From assembly GCA_016187515.1 (NCBI GenBank), contig JACPJN010000007.1, positions 228,778 through 292,777 on the forward strand: a stretch of DNA of 64,000 nucleotides, written 5' to 3'. Under the pieces are notes generated by a model. That model was given only the letters and a program-made list of their open reading frames with translations. It was not told the DNA's origin and ran no database searches. A program made the position numbers and the translations under genes. Of the stretch, positions 39,148 to 50,283 are shown one piece after another (the first letter of the stretch is position 1; each line of letters starts with the position of its first letter). Source of the stretch: Candidatus Uhrbacteria bacterium (GTDB lineage Bacteria > Patescibacteriota > Patescibacteriia > GWA2-47-26).

Positions 39148-40866
39148 TCATTCTGCCACTCGGAAGACCTCTTCCACCGTCGTAATCCCGTCTAAGGCCT
39201 TGAGCAGGCCGTCTTGAACCATGGTGATCATGCCGGCTTTGACCGCAATTTCCTGCAGGGTATATTCGGAGATTTTTCCGGCCAGCACCACCTCTTCAAT
39301 TTCTTTATTCATCATCATTACCTCAAAAATACCCACCTGTCCTTTGTAGCCCAGATCAAAACAGCGCGCGCAGCCCCGGCCGCGGTAGAATTTTAAGGCG
39401 GCTAACGGCTGACGGTCCCGGCTTTGCCGAGGACTCTCGGTTTGACCGGAGCTTACCGCGGACTGCTCTTTGGGAAGCGCCGCGAGTATTTCTTTCACGC
39501 GCTTAAGCGTCTCCTCCTCCAATTTCACCTCTTCTTTGCACTCCTCGTGAATCCGGCGAACCAACCGCTGGGCCATTACCGCGTTAAGCGCGGGAGCCAG
39601 CAGAAACGGTTTAGCCCCCAACGCTAAAAACCGCGGAATCGCGCCGGAGGCGGAATTAGTATGGACGGTGGAAAGCACCAAATGTCCGGTAAGCGCGGCT
39701 TGGATCGCGATATCCACGGTTTCCAGGTCGCGGATCTCGCCGACCATAATCACATCCGGGTCTTGGCGCAAAATCGAACGCAGCCCTTCGGCAAAGGAAT
39801 AATGCTTGGCCGTATCAATTTGGCTTTGCGCGATGCCGGGAAGTTTGTACTCGATGGGATCCTCCAGGGTAATGATCTTGGTCTCCGGATTATTGAGTTT
39901 ATGCAAAGCCGCGTAAAGCGTGGTGGTTTTCCCCGAGCCGGTCGGCCCGGTCGTGATAATCATGCCGTTGGGACGCTTAATTTCCGCCATCAGTCGCTCA
40001 AACGGCTTGCCCCGCAACCCCAATTCTTCAAAGTTAAGCCCCTTGGAAATTGGTTTCAAAATACGAATCACCACGGACTCTCCCTCGGAAGTGGGAATAG
40101 TGGAGACGCGCACCTCCACATTTCCCTCTTTTACAAAAATAGTAAACCGCCCGTCTTGGGGACGATCGGTAACATTAATCTTTAGCCCGGAGATTAACTT
40201 GATCCGCGAAACAACCTTGGGCCACTCGGATTTATCAAGCTTGGCGACTTGATGAAGGACCCCATCAATGCGAAAGCGCACCACAATAGCGGCGCTTTCG
40301 GCTTCAATATGAATATCGGAAGAATTGGCCCGCAAGGCCGAGGCGACCAGCAGGGTGACCAGATCGGTAACCGCTGCGCCTTTGAGCCGCGCCTGGAGCT
40401 CGTCAAACGAATGAAATTCTTCTTTAAAATTCGCCAAATCCTCGGCCTTAATTTCCACGCCTTTGACGGACGGCTTAAGGCGAGGCAGTTTCGCGTATAA
40501 CTTAAGCGCGTGATCTAAAGAATCATCCGAGATCATGTAAATCAACCCGCGGGCCTTAATCCGCTCCTGAATTTGATATAGCAGTTCGTGGAGCGCGGGA
40601 TTTTCCGGACGCGGACTCCCTATCCTAAACTCGTCTCCAATATAAAAAAAACACACTACGGATAGCTGCCGGGCCTGCTCCTCCGGGATAATCCGCAGCG
40701 CCTCCGTACTAATCGGAAACTTTACCAACTGAATATAGGGAATGGCGGCGCGCGAGGCGGCCTGTTCAATGTCATGTTCCTTGCCGCGCAAGTTCAGCTC
40801 CTTCATCTTTTCTTCAAACTCCTGCCGGGCCTCTTTGGAACTGATGCGCGGAAACTGATTGTCCAT
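39148..40866 (-). CDS. pilB: Type IV pilus/T2SS assembly ATPase (PilB/GspE) with in-frame repeat insertion
   Basis: SDIHIE, GPTGSGKTTT, LRQDPD, GHLVLSTVH and AQRLVR. Confidence 0.9.
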   Translation of the reverse strand: MDNQFPRISSKEARQEFEEKMKELNLRGKEHDIEQAASRAAIPYIQLVKFPISTEALRIIPEEQARQLSVVCFFYIGDEFRIGSPRPENPALHELLYQIQERIKARGLIYMISDDSLDHALKLYAKLPRLKPSVKGVEIKAEDLANFKEEFHSFDELQARLKGAAVTDLVTLLVASALRANSSDIHIEAESAAIVVRFRIDGVLHQVAKLDKSEWPKVVSRIKLISGLKINVTDRPQDGRFTIFVKEGNVEVRVSTIPTSEGESVVIRILKPISKGLNFEELGLRGKPFERLMAEIKRPNGMIITTGPTGSGKTTTLYAALHKLNNPETKIITLEDPIEYKLPGIAQSQIDTAKHYSFAEGLRSILRQDPDVIMVGEIRDLETVDIAIQAALTGHLVLSTVHTNSASGAIPRFLALGAKPFLLAPALNAVMAQRLVRRIHEECKEEVKLEEETLKRVKEILAALPKEQSAVSSGQTESPRQSRDRQPLAALKFYRGRGCARCFDLGYKGQVGIFEVMMMNKEIEEVVLAGKISEYTLQEIAVKAGMITMVQDGLLKALDGITTVEEVFRVAE

Positions 40867-40905
40867 ATTCCCGCGTGGCTTTAAGGGACTGTTGCGCAGT
40901 GCCGT

Positions 40906-41877
40906 TTAGATTACTTTGCGATGCAGGAGATGACCAAACCGGGAAGTAAGACGGATAATCTTGGCGGTGGCGCCTTCCTCACGCAGGCGCATAAACAGCA
41001 GCACCCAGGAAGCGTATTGAAAAGTCACAAACGCGGAACCGATCAGCAAGAGCGCCGCCAAATACGCGGCCGCCCCGACTGCCACGATTACCCAAAGCAG
41101 CGCCGGAACATTCAAAAACACCGCGATTGAACCCGCCAGCAGCAGCGGTATTCCCAAAGCGAACATGGCGAGCAGAACGCCGACCCCGACCAAAAGCGTG
41201 ATAAAGTAAAGAATCAGCGCCAGCTCGATGGAGACCAGCCAGTGCTGCGCGAAAATTGAAAACGCTTCCCGCAGTGATTGTAAGAAGGTGTGTCCATCAA
41301 GAATAACCAGCACCGCGGCGTAGATGCCCAGAAAAGATAAGATCAGTGAAAGTAAGGTGACTAAAACAAAGGCGAGCAAGAACAGCGTAAAGGTGAGCGG
41401 AGACGGCCCTTGCGCGACTAAAGGATTGATCAAGAACCAATACAGCAGAATGTCCAGCCGCGTCAGCAGGCCAATCCCCAGCAGCGGAAAAAAAGCGCGC
41501 GCTCCGCGCTTTAAAAGCGCCGGAATACTTTCTTTTCGCCCAGGACTAGCGGTCTTCGCCAGCGCCCAAATCAGTCCGCCGCGAGCGGCCGTCACCAAAA
41601 CGAGCAGAGCCGCCATTACGGCAAGCGCAATAAACGAGAGGCCCAAAAGGACGGCGAATTGCCAAAAATTCAGACCGGCAAACGGCAAGAGCAAAGAGCT
41701 TGCTCCGGCAAGAAAGCCGGGTCCTGGCAGGCGTTCCAGGGCTTGGTTAAAGGTCTGGTAGGCGCCCAGATCACCCCAGAATACGGCCAAAAGCCCCAGC
41801 GCCCAAAACCGCTTATAATTCCAGGTCGTTTTCCAGGCCTCCCGCAAAATGTGCCGATAAAGCGTATCCTCCTGCAT
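40906..41877 (-). CDS. Polytopic membrane protein
   Basis: Several TM segments; AWKTTW..KRFW N-terminus. Confidence 0.75.
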   Translation of the reverse strand: MQEDTLYRHILREAWKTTWNYKRFWALGLLAVFWGDLGAYQTFNQALERLPGPGFLAGASSLLLPFAGLNFWQFAVLLGLSFIALAVMAALLVLVTAARGGLIWALAKTASPGRKESIPALLKRGARAFFPLLGIGLLTRLDILLYWFLINPLVAQGPSPLTFTLFLLAFVLVTLLSLILSFLGIYAAVLVILDGHTFLQSLREAFSIFAQHWLVSIELALILYFITLLVGVGVLLAMFALGIPLLLAGSIAVFLNVPALLWVIVAVGAAAYLAALLLIGSAFVTFQYASWVLLFMRLREEGATAKIIRLTSRFGHLLHRKVI

Positions 41878-41884
41878 ATTTATG

Positions 41885-41972
41885 GAGTGAATCAAGTAAA
41901 TCAAGCGAGGCATGTAAATCAAGGGCCTGATTTACCTGATTTACCTGATTTACTTATCTTACTTAATTTACA
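41885..41972. repeat. AAGTAAATC 9-mer tandem hairpin element
   Basis: GTAAATCAA units followed by (CCTGATTTA)3. Confidence 0.78.
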
Positions 41973-41978
41973 CCACCA

Positions 41979-43895
41979 TTATACCATCGAAGGGCCCAGT
42001 TGGGGAAGTATTCTGGTTGGAACGCGTTCTTTCTTAACCGGCTTCACGGTTCCGCTTGGCGCTTTAGGGCGCCCCTTGGTCTTGACGGTAAAAAGCGCTT
42101 CAAATTCCTCGCGTTCAAGAGTTTCCTTTTCAAGCAGGTGTTCCGCGATCTGATCTAAGATCGGACGCTGCTCTTTAATTATTTTTGTCGCGACATCCCG
42201 AGCATTACCAATGATGCGATCCATCTCCGCGTCAATGGCCTTGGCAATATCTTCGGAATAATTACGCTGCTCGGTAATCTCGCGGCCCAAAAATATCAAG
42301 TCCTCATGATCCCCAAAAGTGCGCGGTCCCAGTTTATCCGACATCCCGTATTCCACGACCAGTTTTCGCGCGAGTTGGGTCGCCACCTTAAGATCGTTGG
42401 ACGCGCCGGTCGTAATATCGCCGAACACTTCTTTTTCGGCGACGTATCCGCCCAGAAGCGCGGCGAGCTCATCCAAAAATTCCGCGCGCGTCTTCAAATG
42501 CCGGTCTTCGGAGGGGAGCTTTAGCGTATAGCCCGCGGCGCGGCCGCGCGAGATAATCGATACTTTATGCACCGGATCGGCGCCGGGCAGCTCATGACCA
42601 ACGAGGGCGTGCCCTCCTTCATGATACGCGGTAACCTTCCGCTCATTTAACGACAGTAAATGGCTCTTGCGTTCCGGACCAAGCATCACCTTCTCAATTG
42701 ATTCAACCAGTTCAGCCATCCCGACCTCTTTTTTGTTTCGCCGGGCGGTCAAAATTGCCGCCTCATTCATCAGATTCGCCAGATCCGCGCCGGAAAATCC
42801 CGGCGTCCGCTCGGCAATTATCCTAACTTTTACCCCGTGGCCGATCGGCTTGCCCTGGGCATGAATCTGCAGGACCGCTTCGCGGTCGTTAATGTCCGGA
42901 AGTTCTAAAATAATCCGCCGATCAAAGCGCCCGGGACGCAGGAGCGCCGGATCCAAAATATCCGGGCGATTGGTCGCCGCCATAATTATTACCCCCAGAT
43001 TGGGATCAAAGCCGTCCATCTCCACCAGAATTTGGTTCAGCGTCTGTTCCCGCTCGTCATGGCTCCCCCCCAGTCCGGCGCCGCGCTGGCGCCCGACCGC
43101 GTCAATCTCATCCACAAACAAAATGCAGGGAGCCGCTTTTTTGGCCTTGCGAAACAGATCGCGCACGCGCGCCGCCCCCACGCCAACAAACATCTCCACA
43201 AACTCGGACCCGGAGATATGGAAAAATGGGACATTGGCTTCCCCGGCAACCGCGCGGGCGAGCATGGTTTTGCCGGTGCCCGGCGCCCCCATCAGCAGGA
43301 CGCCTTTGGGAATTTTCGCGCCGACCGCCGTAAACTTCTTGGGGTTTTTAAGAAACTCCACAATCTCATTAAGTTCTTCTTTCGACTCCTTAAGGCCGGC
43401 CACGTCTTTAAAGGTCACCTTATCTTTGTCATTGGGCGCGGCTTGTCTGGCGCCGGCCTGACCAAAGGACATCGCGCGAGAATTCACCCCCTGGACCTGG
43501 CGCATCATAAAAAATATCACCAGGCCAATGAGCACGAAGGGGATAAGAAAGGGCAGCAATGCCGAGAGCCAGTAGCCGACTCCGCTTTCCCGCTTGACTT
43601 CAATCTGCACCCCCTGCAGCACCGGGGACTCTATTCCATAGTTCTTCAATAAATTGGAAAATGACTCGCCCGGCTCTTTTTGAGTGGTGAGCTGCTTTCC
43701 GTCCTTAAGCGTCGTATGGATAATATCTCCGCGCACTTCAATCTTGGATACTTCGCCGCCGCGCACATGTCCCAGCAGCGTCCCCACATCAATACGATCG
43801 GGACGCGCCTCCGGAAAGCGCACCGAGGACAATACTCCCGCGATAACCAAAAGACCCAAAAGAAAAATGAAAAAATTACGGAACAAACTGGACAT
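41979..43895 (-). CDS. ftsH: ATP-dependent zinc metalloprotease FtsH
   Basis: Two TM segments, [21 protein letters not shown] and HEGGH. Confidence 0.96.
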   Translation of the reverse strand: MSSLFRNFFIFLLGLLVIAGVLSSVRFPEARPDRIDVGTLLGHVRGGEVSKIEVRGDIIHTTLKDGKQLTTQKEPGESFSNLLKNYGIESPVLQGVQIEVKRESGVGYWLSALLPFLIPFVLIGLVIFFMMRQVQGVNSRAMSFGQAGARQAAPNDKDKVTFKDVAGLKESKEELNEIVEFLKNPKKFTAVGAKIPKGVLLMGAPGTGKTMLARAVAGEANVPFFHISGSEFVEMFVGVGAARVRDLFRKAKKAAPCILFVDEIDAVGRQRGAGLGGSHDEREQTLNQILVEMDGFDPNLGVIIMAATNRPDILDPALLRPGRFDRRIILELPDINDREAVLQIHAQGKPIGHGVKVRIIAERTPGFSGADLANLMNEAAILTARRNKKEVGMAELVESIEKVMLGPERKSHLLSLNERKVTAYHEGGHALVGHELPGADPVHKVSIISRGRAAGYTLKLPSEDRHLKTRAEFLDELAALLGGYVAEKEVFGDITTGASNDLKVATQLARKLVVEYGMSDKLGPRTFGDHEDLIFLGREITEQRNYSEDIAKAIDAEMDRIIGNARDVATKIIKEQRPILDQIAEHLLEKETLEREEFEALFTVKTKGRPKAPSGTVKPVKKERVPTRILPQLGPSMV

Positions 43896-43980
43896 GTGTT
43901 TTGTAGGTTAAGAACTAGGTAAAATAAGTAAAGCAAGCAGCTTAATTCACTTAATTTACTTAACCACTTGATTTACTGTT

Positions 43981-45180
43981 TCATTGTACCACATCCGATG
44001 CCGGGATACTAGGCGGGGCCTCAACCAGCTCCGACTTCTTCACCTCTTCTGTGGGTTCTGTGTCGGTTTTCTGTGGTTCGGCTTTGGCCTTTTTTTCGGA
44101 AAGGCCCAACCGATGATGTTCGGATTCAATGGAAACCACCTTAAATTCTCGCGTATCCCCGGGCTTGACTTGCTCTTCCACCGGAATACCCGGCGTGATG
44201 TCCAGCTCTGAAACATGCGCCAAGCCGTGGATCTCGGGATCGAGCTCCACAAAAAGTCCAAAGGGATTGACTTTCAAAATCTTGCCTTTAACTACCTGCC
44301 CCACGGCATACCGGCTTTCCACTTGCTTCCAAGGATCCCCAATCAGGACGCGAATGGAAAGGAAGATCTTTGACCCTTGAATGTTTAAGACCTGCGCCCG
44401 AACCGTATCGCCCACCTTGACGACTTGCGAAGGATGATCCAGGCGCTGCCAAGCAATTTCAGAAATATGCACTAAGCCCTCGAGGCCATCAAAACCGACA
44501 AATACTCCGAAGTCCGCGACCGCCGTAACTTGACCCTCAACAATATCGCCGACTTTATACTTCGAGATAAGATCTTTCTGTTCTTCTTCCCAAAGCGTCT
44601 TTTCCGAGAAAATCAATTTATTCTCGTGCGGCACGCAATCCAGCACGCGCAGGCGAAAATTAGTTCCGACAAACGACCGCAGCCGTTCCAAAATTTTGCC
44701 CTTATCGCCCCCGGGCACGCGCGGATAATGCTCCGGCGCCAGTTGTGATACCGGAAGAAACCCGGCCATGCCCAGCCAGGTCACCATCAGTCCTCCGCGA
44801 TTCGCCTCCACGACCTTGCCTTCAACAATAGTATTTTTCGTTTTGGCTTCAATCGCCTTTTCCCAGCCGCGCAGTTCTCCCGCGAACTGAAAAGAGAGTT
44901 CCACTTGTCCTTCTTCGTTTTCCAGCTCGGTAACCGTGGCCTCCACCGGATCGCCGATTTTAAGGTTGGGGTAGACCTGGCTTAACTCTTTCATCTCCAG
45001 GCCCCGCACGATTCCGGTTTTAAATCCGGGAATGTCCACGAGAATTTCGCGCGAGGACAAGGCAATCACCGTACCTTTGACCACGTCCCCTTCTTTGGGA
45101 ACGGTAATGTAAGTTTTATCAGATAATAACCTTTTAAGCTCCGAGTCGTTGGCAGTACTGGCAGTAACCGCTGTTGACAT
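43981..45180 (-). CDS. rpsA: 30S ribosomal protein S1 (four S1 domains)
   Basis: Repeated S1 motifs: GFLPVSQL, FGVFV..GLVHISE and GLAHVSEL. Confidence 0.88.
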   Translation of the reverse strand: MSTAVTASTANDSELKRLLSDKTYITVPKEGDVVKGTVIALSSREILVDIPGFKTGIVRGLEMKELSQVYPNLKIGDPVEATVTELENEEGQVELSFQFAGELRGWEKAIEAKTKNTIVEGKVVEANRGGLMVTWLGMAGFLPVSQLAPEHYPRVPGGDKGKILERLRSFVGTNFRLRVLDCVPHENKLIFSEKTLWEEEQKDLISKYKVGDIVEGQVTAVADFGVFVGFDGLEGLVHISEIAWQRLDHPSQVVKVGDTVRAQVLNIQGSKIFLSIRVLIGDPWKQVESRYAVGQVVKGKILKVNPFGLFVELDPEIHGLAHVSELDITPGIPVEEQVKPGDTREFKVVSIESEHHRLGLSEKKAKAEPQKTDTEPTEEVKKSELVEAPPSIPASDVVQ

Positions 45181-45303
45181 ACGATTATGAATTAAATTAT
45201 GAATTAAATAAGCAAAGACAGTATATCAGAACGCGAATTGCTTGACAAGGGGGTCACCTTGGAGTAAGGTAAATAGGCCGAAAAGGCATGAAAGTGAGGA
45301 ATC

Positions 45304-45885
45304 ATGAAGACGTTCGTTCTTTGTACAGCAGTTCTGGCCGGATGCCATGCACCCACTCGCGGTACCACGCCCGTCCGCATCAAGGCAGCGCCTTCGCAGT
45401 ATACCTGCCGCGATCTCGCCAGAGACACGGCATCGTATCCGGGAGAGGAAAACGAGAGGCCTTCACCGCGCGTATTCTCTTGCCATGACGATACGTGCTG
45501 TTCGACGGATGTGCTCCATGTGACCCCCATGGTCGAAGAGATGATTGCGGTTGAGGGGTCGTGGGAAAGCGCCGTGTTGATTCCCCATGACTCAAACGGA
45601 GAAATGATCCAGCTGGGCATCCTCTTTCGAGCAGGAGAGCTGGAGGTAGAGCCGGGACTCAAGGTAACGTTGTTCAAGTTCACCTACCCCTCCTTCATGG
45701 CGCTCGAGAATGGCGGAACGCTCACCGCATTCATCACCACCTCCGCAAGCAACATTAAGGCTGGACCGGATGGTCGTCTCCCTTTGCGGGACAGTGGGTG
45801 TCGTGACGTGCGCATCATCCTCGCACCTTCCACGCCGGTTCCTCTACGTCCTGCGGTCCCATCGGAACCGGCACAGTCGATCTGA
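45304..45885 (+). CDS. GC-rich predicted lipoprotein (ORFan)
   Basis: MKTFVLCTAVLAGC lipobox; TTGACA at 45242; terminator at 45906-45961. Confidence 0.7.
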   Translation: MKTFVLCTAVLAGCHAPTRGTTPVRIKAAPSQYTCRDLARDTASYPGEENERPSPRVFSCHDDTCCSTDVLHVTPMVEEMIAVEGSWESAVLIPHDSNGEMIQLGILFRAGELEVEPGLKVTLFKFTYPSFMALENGGTLTAFITTSASNIKAGPDGRLPLRDSGCRDVRIILAPSTPVPLRPAVPSEPAQSI

Positions 45886-46025
45886 GATCCGTAGTACCTT
45901 CCCGTCCGGTGTCGCGTGCATATCCTTACCGGATGCACCCCTCGCGACCCGGCCTTTTTTTATTTGCAAAAAGGTGTCCATGATCAGACACCGTCGCTGT
46001 TCGGTTATTTGAACACTGTCTTTGT

Positions 46026-46574
46026 TTATATGTCCAACACTCTGATGCCAGGAATCTTTTGAAATCTTTCAACATCGTAGGTGTAGAGTCGGGCTACACC
46101 ATTGCTAAGCATAGTTGCCGCCAGGACTACATCATAAATATGTTTGCTTCCAAACCCGAGTTGTCTCATCAAGTTAATCACATTGTCGTGTACATTCATC
46201 GGCGGCGTAATGAGGGAAAGAGAATCGGCGAGTTTTGTCATTTCGTCCAGCGCCTCGGTAGGTGTAATAGGTTTTGCCACTCGCGCAGGATTGGTTACTA
46301 CTGCGAAAAATTCAAAAAGAATTTGTGGCGCAAGGCAAGCATTCAGTTCACCCTTAGTCGCACGATCAAGTAGTGCGCGACATGTAGTATGATACTCGCT
46401 GTCCGCATTATATGCGTATACGAGTATGTTCGTATCCAACAAAGCAGTATCCGGAGCAATTCCAGATACTGCAGTCGCATTGACCGTTGTGTTCAACCCA
46501 AGGAAAGGTGGGGCCATTCCGCTAGTAAATGTAGTGAATGCAACACTAGCCGAGGGATCAAATGAGCTCTCCAT
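46026..46574 (-). CDS. PIN-domain (VapC-like) toxin with N-terminal extension
   Basis: LLDTNILVYA, EFFAVVT, IYDVVLAATM and LYTYD. Confidence 0.88.
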   Translation of the reverse strand: MESSFDPSASVAFTTFTSGMAPPFLGLNTTVNATAVSGIAPDTALLDTNILVYAYNADSEYHTTCRALLDRATKGELNACLAPQILFEFFAVVTNPARVAKPITPTEALDEMTKLADSLSLITPPMNVHDNVINLMRQLGFGSKHIYDVVLAATMLSNGVARLYTYDVERFQKIPGIRVLDI

Positions 46575-46776
46575 AGATCTCGTCACGTGTCAAACGTCCC
46601 TTAAGAGCCCCAAGATGCCAAACCCCAAGCCGGTACTTCTTTTTTGGAAGCACTGTGTTTATCGTAGTAATAGTGACATTAAGGGGCTGTCCCTCGGGGA
46701 GGTCCACTCGTTCCAGTGGTTCAAACACCCCCCCACGAACTTGTACGCGAATTGTCTTAGTTAATGTAGTTGCCAT
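46558..46776 (-). CDS. DUF104/AF2212-like antitoxin
   Basis: TIRVQVRGGVFEPLERVDLPEG..V.I; overlaps the PIN gene. Confidence 0.8.
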   Translation of the reverse strand: MATTLTKTIRVQVRGGVFEPLERVDLPEGQPLNVTITTINTVLPKKKYRLGVWHLGALKGRLTRDEIYGELI

Positions 46777-46878
46777 ACAAGATATATGATACATCAACAG
46801 TGCAAAATTGACAAGTCGTTTTTCAGCAACTAAACCGTGACTTGTCGACTAGCTAAAGATGCGCTACACTATCTTCAT

Positions 46879-47568
46879 ATGCTCCATCCCCATCATTATA
46901 CCCTTTCCTTACTTCAGCATCTGCTGGCTAAAGCCGACCATACTCTTTTTCCGCCGGACCGCTTGGCGGAGATGAAAAAAGAATACGCCCGGACCATGGG
47001 CGACCACGAGGTTCCCCAAGTGCAGGTTGAACAAATGGCCAGTAAGTTCGGGCGGGAAATTTGGCCTTACCACGAAGCCCTGGAAGAACTCTATCGCCGA
47101 CATGGCAAGAGTCAAGAAGAAGAGCGGGTGCGCCAAGAACTTAATCCGCAACTTAAAGAAAAATATGAGCGCTTCCTGGCCGGCGGCGGCAGTTTAAATG
47201 ATTTCCGCCGCGGCGCGGAGGTGGAGACGTATTTTACTCCGGAGGAAAAATTCGAACTCGGCTCCGCGGTAGTGGATGCTCATCACGCCGTATTGCAAGA
47301 AATCGCCTCCGGCTGCCGGCTGGATCTTCGACCAGAATGTGAAGAAGTCATCAACGACCATAAACAAAAAATCGAGCGCATCGAGAAAAAGCTCGTCATC
47401 CTAAAAAACCTGGCTTCCCGTTCGGAAAAATGGCGTCCGGAAATTGAAGACAAAGTAAAAACCTTGGAAGAGGCCTTTGGGTACCTGGAACGCACTTTTC
47501 ACGAATCCGATCTGGATGGCGCGATTGACTACTACGAAGGCGTGATTGAGAGTCCGGAATTTGGATAA
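46879..47568 (+). CDS. Hypothetical helical protein
   Basis: 229-aa ORF with host-like codon style. Confidence 0.7.
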   Translation: MLHPHHYTLSLLQHLLAKADHTLFPPDRLAEMKKEYARTMGDHEVPQVQVEQMASKFGREIWPYHEALEELYRRHGKSQEEERVRQELNPQLKEKYERFLAGGGSLNDFRRGAEVETYFTPEEKFELGSAVVDAHHAVLQEIASGCRLDLRPECEEVINDHKQKIERIEKKLVILKNLASRSEKWRPEIEDKVKTLEEAFGYLERTFHESDLDGAIDYYEGVIESPEFG

Positions 47569-47672
47569 ATCACAAATCACAAATCACAAACAAATTCAAA
47601 ATCACAATATCCAAACTTTGTAATTTGGAATTTGTAATTTCCTTGTAATTTGTTGCTTGAGATTTGGAATTT
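47567..47672. repeat. AAATCACA/TTGGAATTT-type tandem hairpin element, copy 2
   Basis: (AAATCAC)3 followed by inverted TTGTAATTT/TTGGAATTT units. Confidence 0.78.
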
Positions 47673-47679
47673 TCACCGC

Positions 47680-48552
47680 ATGTCCACGGCTATCCAGTTG
47701 TTTATCAACATCCTCATCCAAACCACCCTGCTTGGACTTGTCGCCGCAGGGTTTAGTGTATTTTATTCCGTCTCTAAAGTACAGCACCTGGCCCACGGCG
47801 CGATTATCACCGGATCCGGCTACATTTTTCTGGCCTTGCTAAAGGCCGGATTGGGCATTCCGCTGGCCCTTGGCGGCGCGCTTGGCGGCGCGATCGTTGC
47901 CGGCTTACTTTGCAATTTTTTACTTTATGAGCGGCTGCAAAGGCGGCGCTGGTTTTCCGGCCTGGTCGCGCTGATCGCTTCACTCATCTTGCTTTCCGGA
48001 CTCCAGAGCATGCTTTTAATTATTTGGGGATCGCAGCCGCGAGTTATCCCGCTCGAAGGGACCCACGAACGCCTGGACCTTTGGGGGGCCTCGCTCACGC
48101 CGCTCCAAATCCTCATCATGGCCTTGTCGCTATTTTTAATTGGCATTTTTTACCTATATCTTAAACGCTCCCGCCTGGGAGTGGCGATCCGAGCCGCTGC
48201 GGATAATCCCGAAATGGCGGAAATTATCGGAATCAGCACTCGCGCCGTGCGTTATCGCACCATGGCGTTAATTTCTTTGCTTGGCGGAGTTGCCGGGGTG
48301 CTGATCGCTCTGGAATACAATCTTGATCCCTACTCCTCTACGCTGCATGCCGTACGCATGTTTGCGCGCACGATTGTGGCCGGGGTTGGTTCGGTGCCCG
48401 GAGTAATCGCTTCCGGACTGCTGATTGACGGCGCGGAAAATCTGGGCGGATACTTTATTTCCAGTTCGTTCAAAGATGCCTACTCCTTTCTCTTGGTTTT
48501 CTTATTTTTATTGCTGCGTCCGCGGGGATTATTTGGCCCAAAAAAAGATTAG
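47680..48552 (+). CDS. livH: Branched-chain amino acid ABC permease, LivH type
   Basis: LAHG, GVAIRAAADN and LLLRPRGLFG. Confidence 0.85.
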   Translation: MSTAIQLFINILIQTTLLGLVAAGFSVFYSVSKVQHLAHGAIITGSGYIFLALLKAGLGIPLALGGALGGAIVAGLLCNFLLYERLQRRRWFSGLVALIASLILLSGLQSMLLIIWGSQPRVIPLEGTHERLDLWGASLTPLQILIMALSLFLIGIFYLYLKRSRLGVAIRAAADNPEMAEIIGISTRAVRYRTMALISLLGGVAGVLIALEYNLDPYSSTLHAVRMFARTIVAGVGSVPGVIASGLLIDGAENLGGYFISSSFKDAYSFLLVFLFLLLRPRGLFGPKKD

Positions 48553-48558
48553 GAGAGT

Positions 48559-49422
48559 ATGTTCAATTCCGGCTACATCATCTATCTAGTCAATCTGGTG
48601 GCTCTGTTTGCCATCCTGGGACTTTCATATAATCTGCTGGTCGGCTTTACCGGTCTGGGCAATCTTGGGCATCCGGCTTTTTTTCTGGTCGGGGCCTATA
48701 CTACCGCTCTGCTTACTGTAAAAGCGGGTTGGCCATTGCCGGTTGCCTGGGCTTTGGGAACGCTAGCGGGTATGATCACGGGCGCGCTGCTTTCGCTGGT
48801 TACCCGCAAAGCGCGCGGGGATGTGGTTTCGGTGCTGACTTTATTTTTTCTCATCACCGTGATTACGGTTACCCTAAATTGGACTACGGTCACCCGCGGA
48901 GCCCTGGGCATCCCGGGAATTCCCCGGCCAACCGCTTTTCAAACTCCGGAACAATTCCTGCTGCTAACCGTGTTTGCTTTTATTCTAGTGTATGGCATAG
49001 TTTGGAAAATTACCCGCAGTCCGTTTGGCCGGGTCTTGGGAGCAGTCCGCGATGATGAACTCGCCGCCGCGACTCTGGGCAAAAACGTATTCAAAGCGCG
49101 AGTGGTTGCCTTTTTGATTGCCGGGGCGCTCGCGGGTTTTGGCGGCGGACTGTTTGGTATGTTTTTTCGATTTGTTGATCCGGGGAGTTTTTATTTTCCA
49201 ATGCTGATCTCGGTTTTAACCATCGTCTATATCGGCGGGCTGGCTTCGCTTCCGGGCACCATCCTTGGCGCGGTGGTGGTCATCTTGCTTCCGGAAATTT
49301 TGCGCTTTCTTCCGCTAAACCCCGAGGTCGTCGGCGCCCTGCGCCAAATTATCTTCTCCGCGCTGGTGCTGATCGTAATCATTTGGAGACCCAAAGGGAT
49401 GCTGGGTAAAGTGGAGTTATAG
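48559..49422 (+). CDS. livM: Branched-chain amino acid ABC permease, LivM type
   Basis: NLLVGFTG..NLGH..F..GAY and SPFGRVL.AVRDDE. Confidence 0.87.
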   Translation: MFNSGYIIYLVNLVALFAILGLSYNLLVGFTGLGNLGHPAFFLVGAYTTALLTVKAGWPLPVAWALGTLAGMITGALLSLVTRKARGDVVSVLTLFFLITVITVTLNWTTVTRGALGIPGIPRPTAFQTPEQFLLLTVFAFILVYGIVWKITRSPFGRVLGAVRDDELAAATLGKNVFKARVVAFLIAGALAGFGGGLFGMFFRFVDPGSFYFPMLISVLTIVYIGGLASLPGTILGAVVVILLPEILRFLPLNPEVVGALRQIIFSALVLIVIIWRPKGMLGKVEL

Positions 49423-49424
49423 TT

Positions 49425-50159
49425 ATGCTGGGAGTTCAAAATCTTAAAAAAAACTTCGGCGGCATCCAGGCCGTTGACAACTGTACTTTTAGCGTTGAAC
49501 CGCGGCGGATCACCGCGCTTATTGGTCCCAATGGCGCCGGAAAAACCACACTCTTTAATGTGGTGGCCGGGGTGGTTCCATCGGATGGCGGCACGGTGCG
49601 CCTGGGGGGGCATGACCTCACGCGTCTGCCAATCCACCTCCGGGCTCGGCTCGGGATCTCGCGAACCTTCCAAACCGTCCGCAATTTTTCCAACCTGAGT
49701 TTGGAAGAAAATCTGCGGCTGGCGGCCGAGCCGCGGGATCAGCATTTTTGGCAATCAATTTTTATTCCACGGAGCGCTCCCAAAAACCAACTGCTCGAGA
49801 TATTGAAGCGTGTCGGTCTAGAACAACCGCTTAATTACCCGTCCAAAGATCTTTCCTACGGGCAGAGTAAACTACTGTCGCTGGCCCGCGCGCTCTTAAT
49901 GCCGCACAAAATTCTGATGTTGGATGAGCCGGTCGCCGGAGTCGCTCCAACCTTGCGCGAGCAGTTTAAAGAGTTGTTGCCTGATCTTCAAGCGCGCGGC
50001 GAAACCATCTTTTTTATCGAGCACGATATGGATTTTGTCCGCGCCGTCGCCGACACGGTGATTGTCATGGATCAAGGCCGGGTGCTTACGGAAGGAACAC
50101 CCAATGAGGTACTTCGCGACCAGCGTGTACTTGATGCCTATCTTGGGGAACAACTCTAA
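49425..50159 (+). CDS. livG: ABC ATPase, LivG type
   Basis: FGGIQAV, GPNGAGKTT, RTFQ, LSYGQ and IEHDM. Confidence 0.88.
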   Translation: MLGVQNLKKNFGGIQAVDNCTFSVEPRRITALIGPNGAGKTTLFNVVAGVVPSDGGTVRLGGHDLTRLPIHLRARLGISRTFQTVRNFSNLSLEENLRLAAEPRDQHFWQSIFIPRSAPKNQLLEILKRVGLEQPLNYPSKDLSYGQSKLLSLARALLMPHKILMLDEPVAGVAPTLREQFKELLPDLQARGETIFFIEHDMDFVRAVADTVIVMDQGRVLTEGTPNEVLRDQRVLDAYLGEQL

Positions 50160-50163
50160 AATT

Positions 50164-50283
50164 TCTAATTCACCTAATTAACCTAATTATTCTAAACAAT
50201 GTCCAATTCTCAAGCCCCAATTTTGGTCATTGGATATTGGGATTTATTTAGGTCAATTAGAGCAGTTAGAATAATTAGAAATT
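50164..50283. repeat. CTAATT 9-mer tandem hairpin element, copy 3
   Basis: Fills the whole livG-livF gap. Confidence 0.8.
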
